From Macrostomum hystrix (lineage: Eukaryota > Animalia > Platyhelminthes): a DNA stretch of 64,000 bases. Where the stretch lies: NCBI GenBank assembly GCA_950097015.1, contig CATNEN010000005.1:5890001-5954000 (forward strand), read 5' to 3'. Below the pieces are notes generated by a model. The model made no database searches and had not been told where the DNA came from. It worked only from the letters and a program-made list of their open reading frames with translations. The position numbers were made by a program, and so were the translations under genes. Below are positions 1 to 13,749 of this stretch, in pieces; position 1 is the first letter of the stretch, and every line of letters starts with the position of its first letter.

Positions 1-15
1 GACTGTAGCTTCTGA

Positions 16-314
16 ACTCATAACTAAAAAACTAATAATTGATTGCACCTGCGCCAATCGGACCAGATGTGCAGCCGACAGCACAGCCGCAGCTATTACG
101 CAGCGCATCTGAAGGCTGCGTACGGCTGTTCAGTCCATGGACTGGGGAGACGCCACACCCACCCTCAATTATCCAAGCTGGGTGAACTGAAGCAATGCAG
201 AGTTAAGTAGCTTGCTGAAGGACACAGATTGTTCTTGTGAAGTCGGGAATCGAACCAATGACCTTCAAGTCGTGAGTGCAACGCTCTAACAGCTAGACTA
301 CAACCCGACACCCT
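16..314 (-). mobile_element. tRNA-derived CORE-like SINE (family B)
   Basis: B-box GGTTCGATTCC on the minus strand, CORE-like GTGTCCTTCAGCAAGCTACTTAACTC...GCTTCAGTTCACCCAGC; 14-bp TSD ACTGTAGCTTCTGA at 2-15 and 315-328. Confidence 0.85.
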
Positions 315-360
315 ACTGTAGCTTCTGACACTACATTCTAAAGATTCTGTAGGCTACAAT

Positions 361-583
361 GCGCTTTCGCCTAGTGGTCAGTGTTGGACTTACGACTTGA
401 ACGTCCGAGGTTCGACCCCCGACTCTACTCGAATAGTTTGCATCCTTTATCAAGACAATAACCTCTGACTTGCTTCAGTTCACTCAGCTGTTAAATGGGC
501 ACCAGCATTAGCTATGAGAAACTCAGGGTGGGTGTGGCGTCCCTTTTCCCCAGTCCATGGACTGAACAGCCGTACGAACCGCT
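361..583 (+). mobile_element. tRNA-derived CORE-like SINE (family B), 3' truncated
   Basis: A-box TAGTGG, B-box GGTTCGACCCC, CORE-like GCTTCAGTTCACTCAGCTGTTAAATGGGCACC, family palindrome CAGTCCATGGACTG. Confidence 0.8.
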
Positions 584-590
584 AGCTCAC

Positions 591-1356
591 CTGTGTCAGG
601 TGCTCGATGACTTCCATAGCCAGGGCGTCGGGTCCGTCTACAGGTTTAGCGGAAGCCGTCGCAGTGGTGGCAGCCATTCTCGGCTGAGCCTTGGCCACGA
701 CCTCCAATAGCCGGCGGCCGCGCGATTCCATGGCTGCCCGCTCAGAGTTGGCGTCCATGCCGAACACGTCGGGCGGTTCAGCCTCCGGCAGCCTGTCGAT
801 GTAGGCCAGGGTCCAGTCGAACCCGGCTTCATCCGGGAGGCTGGCCAGCCCGGTGGCGAACTGCCAGCCCGGGTGCAGAGCTTCCGGTCGGAGAAAAGCG
901 CCGAGAACTGCGGCGAGACAGCGTCGATCTCGTTCGTCAGTGACGCGGCCGCCGTAGGCGATGTCGCCGACTAGGTGACTCACGGCTGGCCAATCAACGC
1001 TCGACTTGCCAGTCAGATGTACCAGCGACACCTCCAGATCGCTGTCGTTGAACTCGTAGGGCACGTTGAAGCCCAGACTGCCGAATCTTCCGCGCTCCAA
1101 CAGCACCGAGTTGAACAGGCAGAGGGCGAAGATCAGCCTGCGAGTGTCTGGCGACTGCGCATCGAAGCTGCGACTGGACACCAACCCCGTGCCGTCCGGC
1201 GAGAAGGCCTTCCGCAGTAGGCTCTTGACACCCCTCGGCGACTCGATGGCAACCTTGCAGCAGGCGTGCAGCACGGGCACAGGGAAGCTTGAGTCGGGCT
1301 TTGAGCTCAGAAGCAGACGAAAATGAGCGTCTAGCTGAATGGCGCCGCGTTGGAAA
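591..1356 (-). CDS. DNAH14: Dynein exon 27 (AAA6/lid: [43 protein letters not shown])
   Basis: Acceptor AACTGTAG phase 2, donor CAG|GTGAGC; C-terminal domain exons lie outside the window. Confidence 0.95.
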
Positions 1357-4300
1357 CTACAGTTGCCAATGTAATTGTAGGCGACAGGTGAGACAATATA
1401 CTGTCACCAATATCTGACATCCTACTGTCACCAATATCTGACATCCTACTGTCACCAATATCTGACATTCTACTGTCACCAATATCTGACATCCTACTGT
1501 CACCAATATCTGACATCCTACTATCATCAATATCTGACATCCTACTGTCATCAATGTCTGACATCCTACTGTCACCAATATCTGACATCCTACTGTCATA
1601 AATATCTGACATCCTACTGTCACCAATATCTGACATCCTACTGTCATCAATATCTGACATCCTACTGTCACGAATATCTGACATCCTACTGTCATAAATA
1701 TCTGACATCCTACTGTCACCAATATCTGACATCCTACTGTCACCAATATCTGACATCCTACTGTCACCAATATCTGACATCCTACTGTCACCAATATCTG
1801 ACATCCTACTGTCATCAATATCTGACATCCTACTGTCATCAATATCTGACATCCTACTGTCATCAATATCTGACATCCTACTGTCACCAACATCTGACAT
1901 CCTACTGTCATCAATGTCTGACATCCTACTGTCACCAATATCTGACATCCTACTGTCACCAATATCTGACATCCTACTGTCATCAATATCTGACATCCTA
2001 CTGTCATCAATATCTGACATCCTACTGTCATCAATATCTGACATCCTACTGTCATCAATATCTGACATCCTACTGTCACCAGATCAGAACTAGCCAACTC
2101 ACTTCTCCACCAGCTGCTGCAGTCGCGGCATCCATGAAGCCGCCAGGTGGCAGTTCTGCAGAAACACCCAGCGACCTTTGAGAATCTGCGCCTTGCCAAT
2201 GAGCTCCTCGGCCTTGGGTCCCTGGCCGCGGCCGAGAGACACCATGTCCAGATGCAGGGCGGAGCCTCGAAGATCGGCAGCCAATCGCATCAGAGCAGCC
2301 GTGGGATCAGCACCCGGAGCCAATAGGAACAGCACTGGAGTTTCAGCGCTAGCCGAGTCGAACGCTTCGCGAAGACCCACGGCGTGACCGGTGGCAAATT
2401 CCGGGCCTAGTTGCCTAGCAACCAGATGACGCATAGCGGCTTCGAGCTGGGCCGGTCGCAGCAGCCTCACTAAAATTAAACGCCTGAAATCAGTCAGCTT
2501 AGACCAGTCGAAAATTTTCGTCGCTTTAGAATTTTTCGGCGGCGTCAGCATTAACTCGAAGACATCTTCGGCCTCTTGAAACTGCAGCCACTGATCCGCG
2601 GATTGGTTGAAGCTGGCGCGCAGGCCGCCGAAGCCGCTGTCGGAGCTCCAGTTCTCTAGGCTGGCGCAGGCTGTTCTGCCGGCTTCTGACGGCCAAGACC
2701 CGGCCTCCGCTACGGACTGGTCGGCGGTGGCCGCGGCGGCGGACAAGTTCGCCAGTTCGGCTCCGTGCAGGAAGAAGTTCCAGTCGCGCTGAGGCAGCGG
2801 CTCCGCTGTGGTGCCAACCGAAGCCGCAGCCGGTAGGCGATCAACCGCTCGCATGACGGCTGCGCACAACAGGAACGCGAAGCCAAGCCGGTGCTCGGAG
2901 AACAATGCCAAAGTGACGGTTCGCTGCGTTGTCATGGTAACGTCGTGTATCATACGACGCATTCGCTGATCCAGCGACAACGGCTGATCATCGTGAAGGT
3001 CATCGTTGATTGGCACAGCGGCGATGACTCGGCGAAAACTCGACTCGAAAGTGGCCAAACTGAACTGGTACATCAGATTGATGGAGGGCAGGTCGGCTAG
3101 CACAAAGTAGATGACAGCGCCGCGTGTTGCTACGGGCAGGTAAACTTGCCGAGCGGAGCTCAGTTCGCGCTCGGTGGCTGCCGCTTTGGCGACCCGCTCG
3201 GAGATCTCGGCCGACATGGCCCGGCTCTGTTCGAGGGTGCGCGGCAGGTCTTCGTCGTCCAGGATGTGACCGGTGGAGCCCTGAAGGAGGCCCAGGGTGC
3301 GGTCCTCCAGCTCGCGCAGAAGGGAGCCATCTCTGAGAATATGTTTGAGCAGGGGAGAGTTGAAGGCGGATGAGGACTTCATTCGTGTTCTCTTGTTTTC
3401 TCCCCATTCTCCCACTTTCATCACTTTATCCTTTTTTCTACAGTCCCAATTACATCACAATGTTATATTTTCTTACTATCTTAAATTTTTTTATTCTCGC
3501 ATTTTTATGTTATTCTCATAATTCATTCCTAATCTCCCATTTTCTAGCTTTTATCCCAACTTTCTTCCCATTCTCCCATTCTCTTCCTATTCTCACATTA
3601 TCTTCCCATTCACCCATTCTCTTCCCATTCTCCCATTCACCCATTCTCTTCCTATTCTCCCATTCTCTTCCTATTCCCCATTCTCTTCCTATTCTCCCAT
3701 TTACCCATTCTCTTCCCATTCTCCCATTCTCCCATTCTCTTCCTATTCTCCCATTTACCCATTCTCTTCCCATTCTCCCATTCCCCCATTATCTTTCTAT
3801 TCTCCTATTCCCTTCCCAATCTCCCATTTTCTTCCCATACTCTACATATCTTCCCATTAACCCATTCTCTTCCTATTCTCCCATTGACTCGTGAGCACTC
3901 ACTCAAACAGGTGTGTACATCTGCCCAGGCTTTCTCATCGTCAGGCAGTTGTGCACTCTTATTGTGCCTTGGAGGTTGGCCCTCAAGGGGCGTAAATTGC
4001 ACGACAAGCCCCAAAAGAATGTGGCCTCGTTGCGGATTCGAACTCAGGCACTAAACTCACCTGGCCAAAGACTCCAACAGTGCCGCTCTCTCCTGCTCCA
4101 ACTCTGGCCTCTCCTGGGCCACAACGCAAGACAATAGCTGCTCCTGTAGGCCTTCAAATGTCACGGAGAAGTTCACAATGTTAACCAGAATGCTGGCAGC
4201 CGGTAGAAAATGAGGATTATGGGCCGAGGTGCACAGGTAAAGTCTGAACCCGTCGCCATAGTCGATGTCATTCTCGCCAACCCTGATGAGTTTGTGACCG

Positions 4301-7300
4301 CCTCGGTGAAATATCTCTTTGCGCAGTACTGGTCCCAGTGTGGGATCAAGGGATTCGCCAACGTCTAATAGGACAACCGGTTCGCCAACACGAATTGCCC
4401 GCTCCACAGTCTGGAGTAAGGCCGGGTCTGTAGCTCTTGCCTGCTTTAAGCTGGGCTCCAAACCCTGATGAACGAATTTTAATTGAACATTTTAGACTAA
4501 GCGAATAGAAAACAGTGAAAGAACGAAGGCTACAAGAAAATCTGATTGGTGCCTTATCAATTCCTTAGATTAAACATTACCTAAACTTCACATTCTCCAA
4601 ACATAACACTCACTGAAATGTCCATTCATCAAAATGCGAAATCCATAAACTACACATTCCTTAAACTTTACATTCCGTAAACTACACATTCCTTAAACAA
4701 TAGACTCTTTAAACGACACATTCCCTAAACTACGTATCCCTAAAACTACACTTCCCTAAATTACACATTCCCTAAACTACAAATTCCTTAAACTTTACAT
4801 TCCCTAAACTACAAATTCCTTAAACTTTACATTCCCTAAACTACACACTCCCTAAACTGCACATTCCCTAAACTGCACATTCCCTAAACTACAAATTCCT
4901 TAAACTTTACATTCCCTAAACTACACATTCCCTAAACTACACACTCCCTAAACTGCACATTCCCTAAACTGCACATTCCCTAAACTACAAATTCCTTAAA
5001 CTTTACATTCCCTAAACTACAAATTCCTTAAACTTTACATTCCCTAAACTACAAATTCCTTAAGTTTTACATTCCCTAAACTACAAATTCCCTAAACTAC
5101 CCATTCCCTAAACTACACATTCCCTAAACTACCCATTCCCTAAACTACACATTCCCTAAACTACACATTCCCTAAACTTCACATTCCCTAAACTACACAT
5201 TCCCTAAACTGCACATTCCCTAAACTACACATTCCCTAAACTACACAGTCCCTAAAATACACATTACCTAAACTACACAGTCCCTAAAATACACATTACC
5301 TAAACTACACATTCCCTAAAATACACATTACCTAAACTACACATTCCCCCAAGCTGCTCATTATCTAAACTGCCATTTTCTCAAACTCATACATTAAAAA
5401 TGGCAGAATCCAAATTCCATATTTCGGCCTAAACTTAAAAGGCAAAGCATGTAGCTACTTATATATTCCCAAATGCAGCCAGTCACATTTGGGAATCAAA
5501 TTTCGCTAGAAGGATATATCAGAAGGGAATATTTACCTGCAGAAAGCGCAGACCCTGCTGCTGCGGATCGATCATAAGGCACCATCGTCGGCTCTCTCTA
5601 AGTATGACGGCATTCTCAGCCGAATTGGCGTCCCTAGGCAAGCCGCGGTTCTGCCAATCCAACAGATCGTTCGGCGTAGTCTGACAGCCAACGAAACTGA
5701 AGTCCTCGGTCAGCGGAACGCCCCGATCTAGGCACATCTGGCACCAACGCTGCGTTGTCGCCTGTCGATAAGGAGCCGTCAGAGCGCCGAAATAAGCCAC
5801 GGCACCAGCAGACAACAGGGTGTCTCCAGACAGGGTCCTCAGTCTCAGCCGCAGACTGTCTATGGCCTCCTCCCAGCGCTGTCGTTCTCCGCCCAAAGCG
5901 GCGGTGAGCAGGCCGGCTCGCTTCAGACGAGCCCCAGTCTGGACAAGGCGCTGTTTGAGGCTCTCTCGTTCCGCAACGCTAGCGTCGCAGTCTTTCTGCA
6001 GCGCTGCCAATTGTTGCACAATCAAGCCAAGACGCTTCTGTTTCACTTCCAGATTGCTTCTAGCGATGGCCAATGCTTTCTTGGCCTCTTCAACTTTGCG
6101 CTGCTTGGGAACAATCATGTTCTGCACGTCGTGATAATGCTCCAAGGCTAGAACCCAGGTGCAAATAGATTGACAGGCTCGAGACACGAGACCAGCTTGC
6201 TCAGGCTTGAAATTAGCCTGCCTAGTGAATCGCTTCAATTGTCGGAACACCTTCGGTGGTATGGCGTCCTTGTCTAGTGAAACCATGCGAGACAGAAAGT
6301 GCGGATCCGTCAGCAACTGTTTGCTAGTTTTCCACGGATTGGCAGCATCTGGCTTCACGCCGAGCAGGACGCTCACGGAGCCCATGACCTGAAGTACCAG
6401 ATCTGGTGGATTTGTGTACACCCTGACCTCGGCTATGTCCTGCTTCTGAAGAGCGTCCAGGGCTCTAACAGCCTCCTGTAGCGCTGGTATCACAGAGTCC
6501 AAATCCTGCTGACACTCCAGAGCGTAGCGTTCAACAATTTCCGCCTCCTGTTGCATGACAGATTCCTCTTGAACCACTGTTAGCCGAACCTGTTCAACAG
6601 CCAGCTGGTCTAGCCGCAGATCGGCCAGCATTTGCTCAGTCTCACGAGCTTTGGCTTCAATCTGCGGTCCAAGTAGGACCAGATCCTCCTGCATGGTCAC
6701 TACTAGACGGTCGGATTCGTCAAGCTGACGAAGGCCGCGTGTCAAACGGTCCCTGAATTAGGTAAAATTACAAATTAAACTGATTAGCAACTTGAGAAAC
6801 AATACTCACTGACTGCGTGAGTAAGGAAATTAAATAAATACACATGGCACCTATTACCTAAAGCTGATCTACAACCCTCAAAAAACTAAATTATCCCCAA
6901 AAACTGCATATCTTTTTTAGTTACAACAATGGCCAGGTAAGAAAAATGGCCATCTAAGATGGAACCTTATCTCCAGATGATTCCCCATGGACTGGGGAAG
7001 GGGACAACGGAACCGCGCGAGTTTATATTTTACCACAGCCATTTCTAAAAAAAACACTTGACAAAAACTATTTATTTGACAAAAATAATAACCTGTTTCC
7101 TTCAAATTTCGTTCTACTCTCCAGCATCATCTTGCTGAATGTCTTGATGAACTCCATATAGCTACTCGGTGTCACATAGTAGGGCCGTTTAGTCTCTTCA
7201 TAGAATCTCTTGCCGATAGTCTCCATGTCCCGATGAAATGTGACGCACAATTTGCAGATCTCCGGTTTGAGGACCTGTGAATAAAGGATTTATGAGAGGG

Positions 7301-10300
7301 AGTCAGTGGCAGGACGGTTAACGCATTTGCCTCTCGCACCAAGGTCCGTGAGCTCGATTCGTCGGCAAGGCAACATTTAATTGGGGTGCAGCCGCGGAGA
7401 GAAGTCTTGGGGGCTTGTCATGCAATTTACCACGAATTGAGGGCCAACCTCCAAGGCACAGTGAGAGTGTACACTGCCTGACGATGAGAAAGTCAGGGCA
7501 GATTTACACACCTGTGTGAGTGTGTGCTCAGGAGTCAGTGGAGTGGGCAGAATTGCCTCCTCGGTGGCCGCCGAGTCTGACACTTGGTCTAGTGTCACCA
7601 AACGATGTGCCATTGCCCGCAGCCTCCTACTATTACTATTATTTTTTATTATATTACTAAAGTATTTATGATATTTGTGAAACTTTAAACAGAAATAACA
7701 AATACAGCACAATTATTATTTACAATGAACTCACAGTATCAGCCCCGGTGAATTCTTCCTGCTCAAAGTAGACTTCAGCAACGGAGAGCATTGCTTCAGG
7801 ACTCCACGGATCGAACCAGTCGATTGTGGTGCAGTTAATCAGCGATGGGTTTGCTCGGCAACGCTGCCTGAATCTGTCGCCCAATGGACTCAAAGTGAGC
7901 ACCACGTGCAGATTCCGACGCACCCGGTCGAGAAAGAACGCGTACAGCTCCTCGCGATTGTCCTGAACGCCAGCTGAACTGGCTTCACCCTTCAGATTGA
8001 TGAAAACTCCTTCGAGCTCTTCAGCGTCGAATAGATCTGGGACGTCGCCAGAGTTTAGGATGGAGTTGATGTCCTCTAGGAAGGCTTCGTTGACAATGTC
8101 CGCGTCAGTTAGCAGGAACACAGTGCCGGAGTTCTGTACAGCGGATCGCACAAAGGCAGCTTTGAGATCGGCTCGAAAATCTTGCAGCTGATAGTTGCGA
8201 GTCAGCCTGGGCCTGGACACACGAGCTCTGGCGATGCTGGCCGCCATGCGAACCGTCGACGTCTTGCCTGTTCCATCGATGCCGATCAGCAGTAGGTGAC
8301 CTCGCGGCTGGCCAAGCACTCGAACAGCTCGCACAATGTGCTCCATGGCTTCTTTAAAGAACACAAACTGTTGATCGTCGCCGACAGCGCTGCCACCGTC
8401 GCCATCAACCTCTTGAACTCGCTGCTTCATGTGCAGATCCTCCAGCGCCTGTCTCAATCGGCGCAGATCCCTCACCGGCGCGTAGGGCGCGTTCCTGACC
8501 GCTTCGTCGGCAGCGCCACCGGCCCGGCCTCCGGAAGTTTCCCCTGCCGACGGATCCAGGAATCTAGCGAACATGAGCGTCTGGGAGCTCAAAGCTTCAC
8601 CGGTGTGACGCAGCTTTAACTGCTGACGCAGTTCGTCAGCCAGATGAGCAAAGAATACGCTTCGATCCTCAGGTGTGCACAGACGGTCGTGAAGGACTCG
8701 GGTGGACTCGTGCACAAACAGATCGATGCACGCCTCGCGACTGGTTATCACCTGGCGATTGTTGGGTCAGAGAATTACCATAGATAGTCAAGTAAAGAAC
8801 GCAAGGATGTCGTTAATATACGATCTTTAACTGCCAGAAAATGTTTTTTTTGTTAATTGTCAACTTACCTTCTCGCTAGCCATGTAGAATCCTTCAACAA
8901 CCTTGGTGAGGTCCCTGAGGTTGTAGGTGTAGTGCAGCTTGGCAGGCGTCGGTTTAAGCGCAGTCCGCAGTCGATAGTACAAATTGATAGCGCAGCTAAC
9001 CATGCTTAGCATGAGGTCGCGAATCTCAACGTGAAAATCGCGATCCTGAAGGAAACGACCAAGCTGGACGTGGTAGATGTGCTGCAGAGAACGACTCGAG
9101 GGTAGAGGCAGCGACAGAAGGCTGTGAATGTGAGGCGAGTGTGGCGATGCACTTTTAAAATCTGCATAAATTGGGTTTCACATGCCATAAATCTATAGAG
9201 CCATATTATCTCACCTGAAGTGTCGAAGCAGCCTAGGCGACATCGGATGTCGACCGCCGCCAGAAGGTCCGCAGGCGGCCAGCAGGACGGTGTCAACCAC
9301 ACTTCGCCAGCTCAGCCTCTGCAAGTCGTAGAACCCGCCAAGATCCAGGAACTGTCTCAACAGTTCAATGGGCGCCTGAGTGCCGAACTCGTCCGGCAGG
9401 GGCATGTTCAAGTCGTCGATGAAGATCACCATTCGACGACCTTTCCGAGGTCCGAGAACGTCTCGACTGCGTTTCACCAGCCGGCCAGAGATTTGCGACT
9501 GCAGACGAGCAGGCTTGGTCTGGGCGGTGAACTCGAAAGTGGTGTACAGCAGGCTGTGCTCTAGACCCTGCTTCTCCGTCTGGGTGCCGTCTGTCAATTT
9601 TGATTGGATTAAAAAACTACCTTTTTAGAGAACTATAAGATTAAAATCTGTATCACTTTATAACGACAGTTCATTAAATGATTCAAATGTTTGTTAATCC
9701 AACAAGTTTTTTGGTGCGAGTTTGAAATATCTAAGTTTTATTGCTCAAACTTTCTAGTACCAATTAGTACCAATTAAAACAAATGTGCTATCTTTGAATA
9801 TGCCGCTAATGTATGCGTGTAGTTTTTTTGGCAACAAAGTGACGAGACAGTAAAAAATGAAAGTTTATAAAAACAGCAAAACAAACAAATCTATTGTTGT
9901 TAGAAAATTAATTCCAATGAGAATTCGAGTACACAAGAAACAAAAGTTCAAACCGCAAACGAAAAAAATATTACAGAAAGAACGAAAACATAAAACGCAC
10001 TGCCGTGTCGCGTTAGTTGCTGTGCTAATTTACATGAACGGTATTCCGTAAAAACTACCAATCGTGTAGAAGTAATAAAACAAATAAATTCTACTAAAAC
10101 TGAGCTAAATTTACCCAAATCCAAATCTTCAATGCTGGTAAATGGTCGAATTTCCGCTAGAAAAATGAGTGTAAAAATCCGCAGAGACTTGTTAAAAAAC
10201 GAATTATCAAAGCTTTCTTTAAGACAAGCAACACCAGAAACACATTTCGCGCTGTTAGCCAGAATACGAGTAAAACACAATGAGAATGCGATGAGCTGGT

Positions 10301-13300
10301 TAGTTCGCATGAAATCACACACACAATGATAATAACATAACTAATGACAGAATCAAAATCACAACAATAGTGAAATCCTTTACTTTCTTGCAATACTATT
10401 TTCTGTTTAAATGAATTTTTTTCTTCACTTACAAAGGAATGACTGTTGTTGAACTGGAAATAAATAATAATTTTTAACTTGTATTTATCATATCAGAAAA
10501 TAACACGAGGTAAGTAAACAAGCAAATTTGAAAGAATTTTGATCACTTACTATCGCTATCATCATCGCCATCTCCTGTTAGAGCTCTCAGACTTTCCAAT
10601 AATCCAGTAGATTTCTCCGAATAGCTTAACACTTGGCCAAGCACCGATTTGCCTTGCGTTGACGCTCCGTTTGGTTCGGCTAGTCTTTTTAGTAGCGCCC
10701 TTAGAAGGGCCGTTTTACCAACCCCGGATTCGCCAACTAGCAGTACTGGACTGCGACCAACCAATAGTAGAGCTGTTAGAAAGGAATAACGGATTGTGTC
10801 GATGGTGGCTACCAACTCGGGTTGTGTTGACCGGCGTGCGACAGTGCCAGAAGAAGCACCTGAGCTCATCCCACCGCTGCCACCACCGAGTACAGATGTA
10901 GCCCGTTCAACTAGGCTGCTAGAACTCGGCACAAGATTCTCCCAGGGCAGGAAGCTGCCAGATTCTAGGTCGACAAAGTAGCCAAAAATGTTGCGACTAG
11001 CCGACGGTAGTCGGACACCGAGCGGCGGCTCGGTGTCAAACAGCTCGTGCACCAGATTGTCGAACTCGTCTGCCACGTCTTCTATGGGCCTTTTGACGCC
11101 AGCATCTGCACCGCCGGCGCCTTTCAGGCTGGCAATGTCGATGTCCATCTCTTCCTGACGATTCAAATTGCCGCCAAATGCCCAAGTGTAGGCAAAGACA
11201 AACAGTTTGCCGAGTAGGTTCTTCAGTTCCTTCGGGTTTTTCTCCAGGTAGTATTGCTTGCCCCTGTGCAAAGAAAGTGAAAAAAATGAAGAAGTGACAA
11301 AAAAATATAATTTGATATTTGAACACTGATTGATAGATTACTAATCGAAGTGAAAAGTGAAAAGTATAAAAACACGGAAACTAAAGTTAAATAAAATGAT
11401 AAGCGATACATTACGTACAGAACTCTGACTTAAGAACCGATAATCATTTACGATTTTGCGAAACTAAAATATGCAGAGAAAAACAGAAAAACAGAAGATT
11501 AATAATTCAGAAGGAAATTACATTCAAGAAGGTTATCCATATTCGGAAAAAAAATCTTACAATTGTCGCAATTTCGGCTTCGACAGTTGCGGTTTATTCA
11601 TTTGGATTTTGCTGAAAATGTCATTTTAAAATGCCGATTTACAGTGTACTGGGAGAAAATAGGAATCACGTGGTTGATAATGATTAAATTATTTTAAAAC
11701 CTGCCATTTGTTTCAAAAGTTAGCCATTTTATTTATATTAATATTTGGCTACAAGGTTACAAATAACCTATAGCGATAGTTATTGAAGAAATAAATCAAT
11801 GTGTCTTTGTTGCCAGGTGTAGTCAGTTAGTACAAAATCAAAGAAATGGTCCTTACTCAGCTTGTCCGGCTGCATTCGAGCCGCTACCCGCAGCTGCATC
11901 GCCAATGCGACTGCCAGCCAGTCGAGCGCTGCCGCGACCTCCGGAGACGTCAGACACAACGCCAGTCGTACCAACTCCGGCAGCCCCGGTCGATGCCACA
12001 GCGTCGGGCGCGCCAAAGCCTCCGTGATCCGTCATGAAATTGAGCAAAGCCGACATCAGATGGCACAGCGTCTGGACTGGACCAAGCTCTGGCGCGCGGA
12101 TCAACTGATGCTGCTGCTTCTCGCGCAGGAATGCCAATCCCCGACCGACACTGCGCTCCATCAGGTCCAGCAGGTGTTTTCTACCGCTGTCTGGCAGCTC
12201 TTTAGGCAGCCGGGCAGTCCAGGTGCGGGCGTAGGGTCGCCAGCCCAGCTGCACCGGGTCCATGTAGACCATTGCGCAGCGACTAATCGTAGCCGGCGAT
12301 GCTTGAGCCAGCGAGTCAACTTCAAACAACAAGCGAACCGACTGCGTCAGTGCGACCCGCTCGCCCGAGGCCAGACAGAGTACTTTGGTATCGTCCAGCA
12401 CCGTATTGAGATTTTCAACCCACAGGGTGTCAACGGGACCGTCTAGGACGAGCCAACGCCAGTCTGATTCAGTTAGGTTAGGTTCGAGGTTAGTTAACAG
12501 TAGGAAATTTTTTAGCAGCTTCCGAAAGGAGCAACGCAAGCAAACGAAACAAAAAACTTTTATCTAGACGAACTGCTAGACCTTCAACAAGTAGCACAAG
12601 CCGAATATGGACACCCTGAAGTAAAATTCTCCAATTTCGCTGATCACGCCTCAATACAGGAACACAGGACCCTCACCTAGTCTGTCAACCAATCAGTCGC
12701 CACCCTGACGAAGTCAGCACCGTCAGTAGTGTACCTACAGCTGGCTATGGAGTCCCTAAAGATAATGTTGATAAAGGTAGGTGAGTGACCGCCGAAGACG
12801 GAGATGATGCAGGCACATTCGGGTGACATGCTGATAAATTTTGAAGGCCTGGCAATTGGCCGCACAGTGCAAATTCGCGTACAGGGGTGTATGAAATACA
12901 CTAGCTCTTATGGGAAAAATCAGACCTTCGGCTAGAACCATTGAATATCTCGTCGGTCTAAAGAGATGACGACATGATTTTTGTTTCAGAAGATACGCAA
13001 CAAAAAGTTGGTCCGTGCTGTTGAGTTTCGTGTGCTTGCGTTGCTCCGTTCGGGTGCAGCACAAAAAATTGTCATGGGGAAATCCCCCTGCTACTTCTAC
13101 TGGTAATCGGAAACAAAACAACTATTCGACTAATGAATGAAAGCGCGCTAGAAATCACCTTGATAAGGCAGGGATTTTTCAACTTGTCTGTCAGCGTCAC
13201 TCTTGGCACTAGCAGTCTTGCCAGCTCGGCTGCTCTCCGCCGCATTGCTGACTGCATCGTCGGCATCTTCGTCAGCCGGGGCCGGGGTGCCAGTCTCTGA

Positions 13301-13706
13301 CGACACGGCGGAATCTGAGCGACCAATCTGAAATAGAGAATAAGTCCTGACATCTTGGGGGCTTGTTGTGCGACTTACTCACTTACCTGAGCGAGAGTGT
13401 GCTCAGAATTCAGCGGAACGGGCAAAAAACAGCCCCCCCATTGACTGTATTATTAGATTAATTTCGACAACAAAGAGTGGTGCGTGGCAGAGAGAGAGAG
13501 GCTTGAGAGACTGTATACACTGCCTGACGAAGAGAAAGTCAGAGCAGATGTACACACCTATGCGAGTGTGTGCTCAGGAGAATTGCCTCCTGGCTGGCTG
13601 CGGGTTCACTGTCATCATGCGAATTCGAGAATTATTATCATTTTTTAAAATAAAAATCTAGAGAAAAAGTTAGTTAATCTTACGTTTGGTGTCTCTGCAG
13701 ACTGCG

Positions 13707-13749
<43 letters not shown>

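Noticed and set aside
1331-2199. ORFs with MSDIDDSR / VTVGCQIL repeats
   Set aside because: This is a 24-bp array inside a 746-nt GT-AG intron; the flanking exons join in frame without it.
4625-5350. Interstitial telomere (units contain TTTAGGG on the minus strand)
   Set aside because: The motif is embedded in a 16-bp unit rather than contiguous telomeric repeats.
9857-10393. AT-rich short ORFs in intron 19
   Set aside because: No recognisable motifs or splice support; lengths are consistent with chance.
12560-13150. ORFs in intron 17 as extra dynein exons
   Set aside because: Exons 17 and 18 join in phase with a good branch point and acceptor; the ORFs have no dynein-like motifs.
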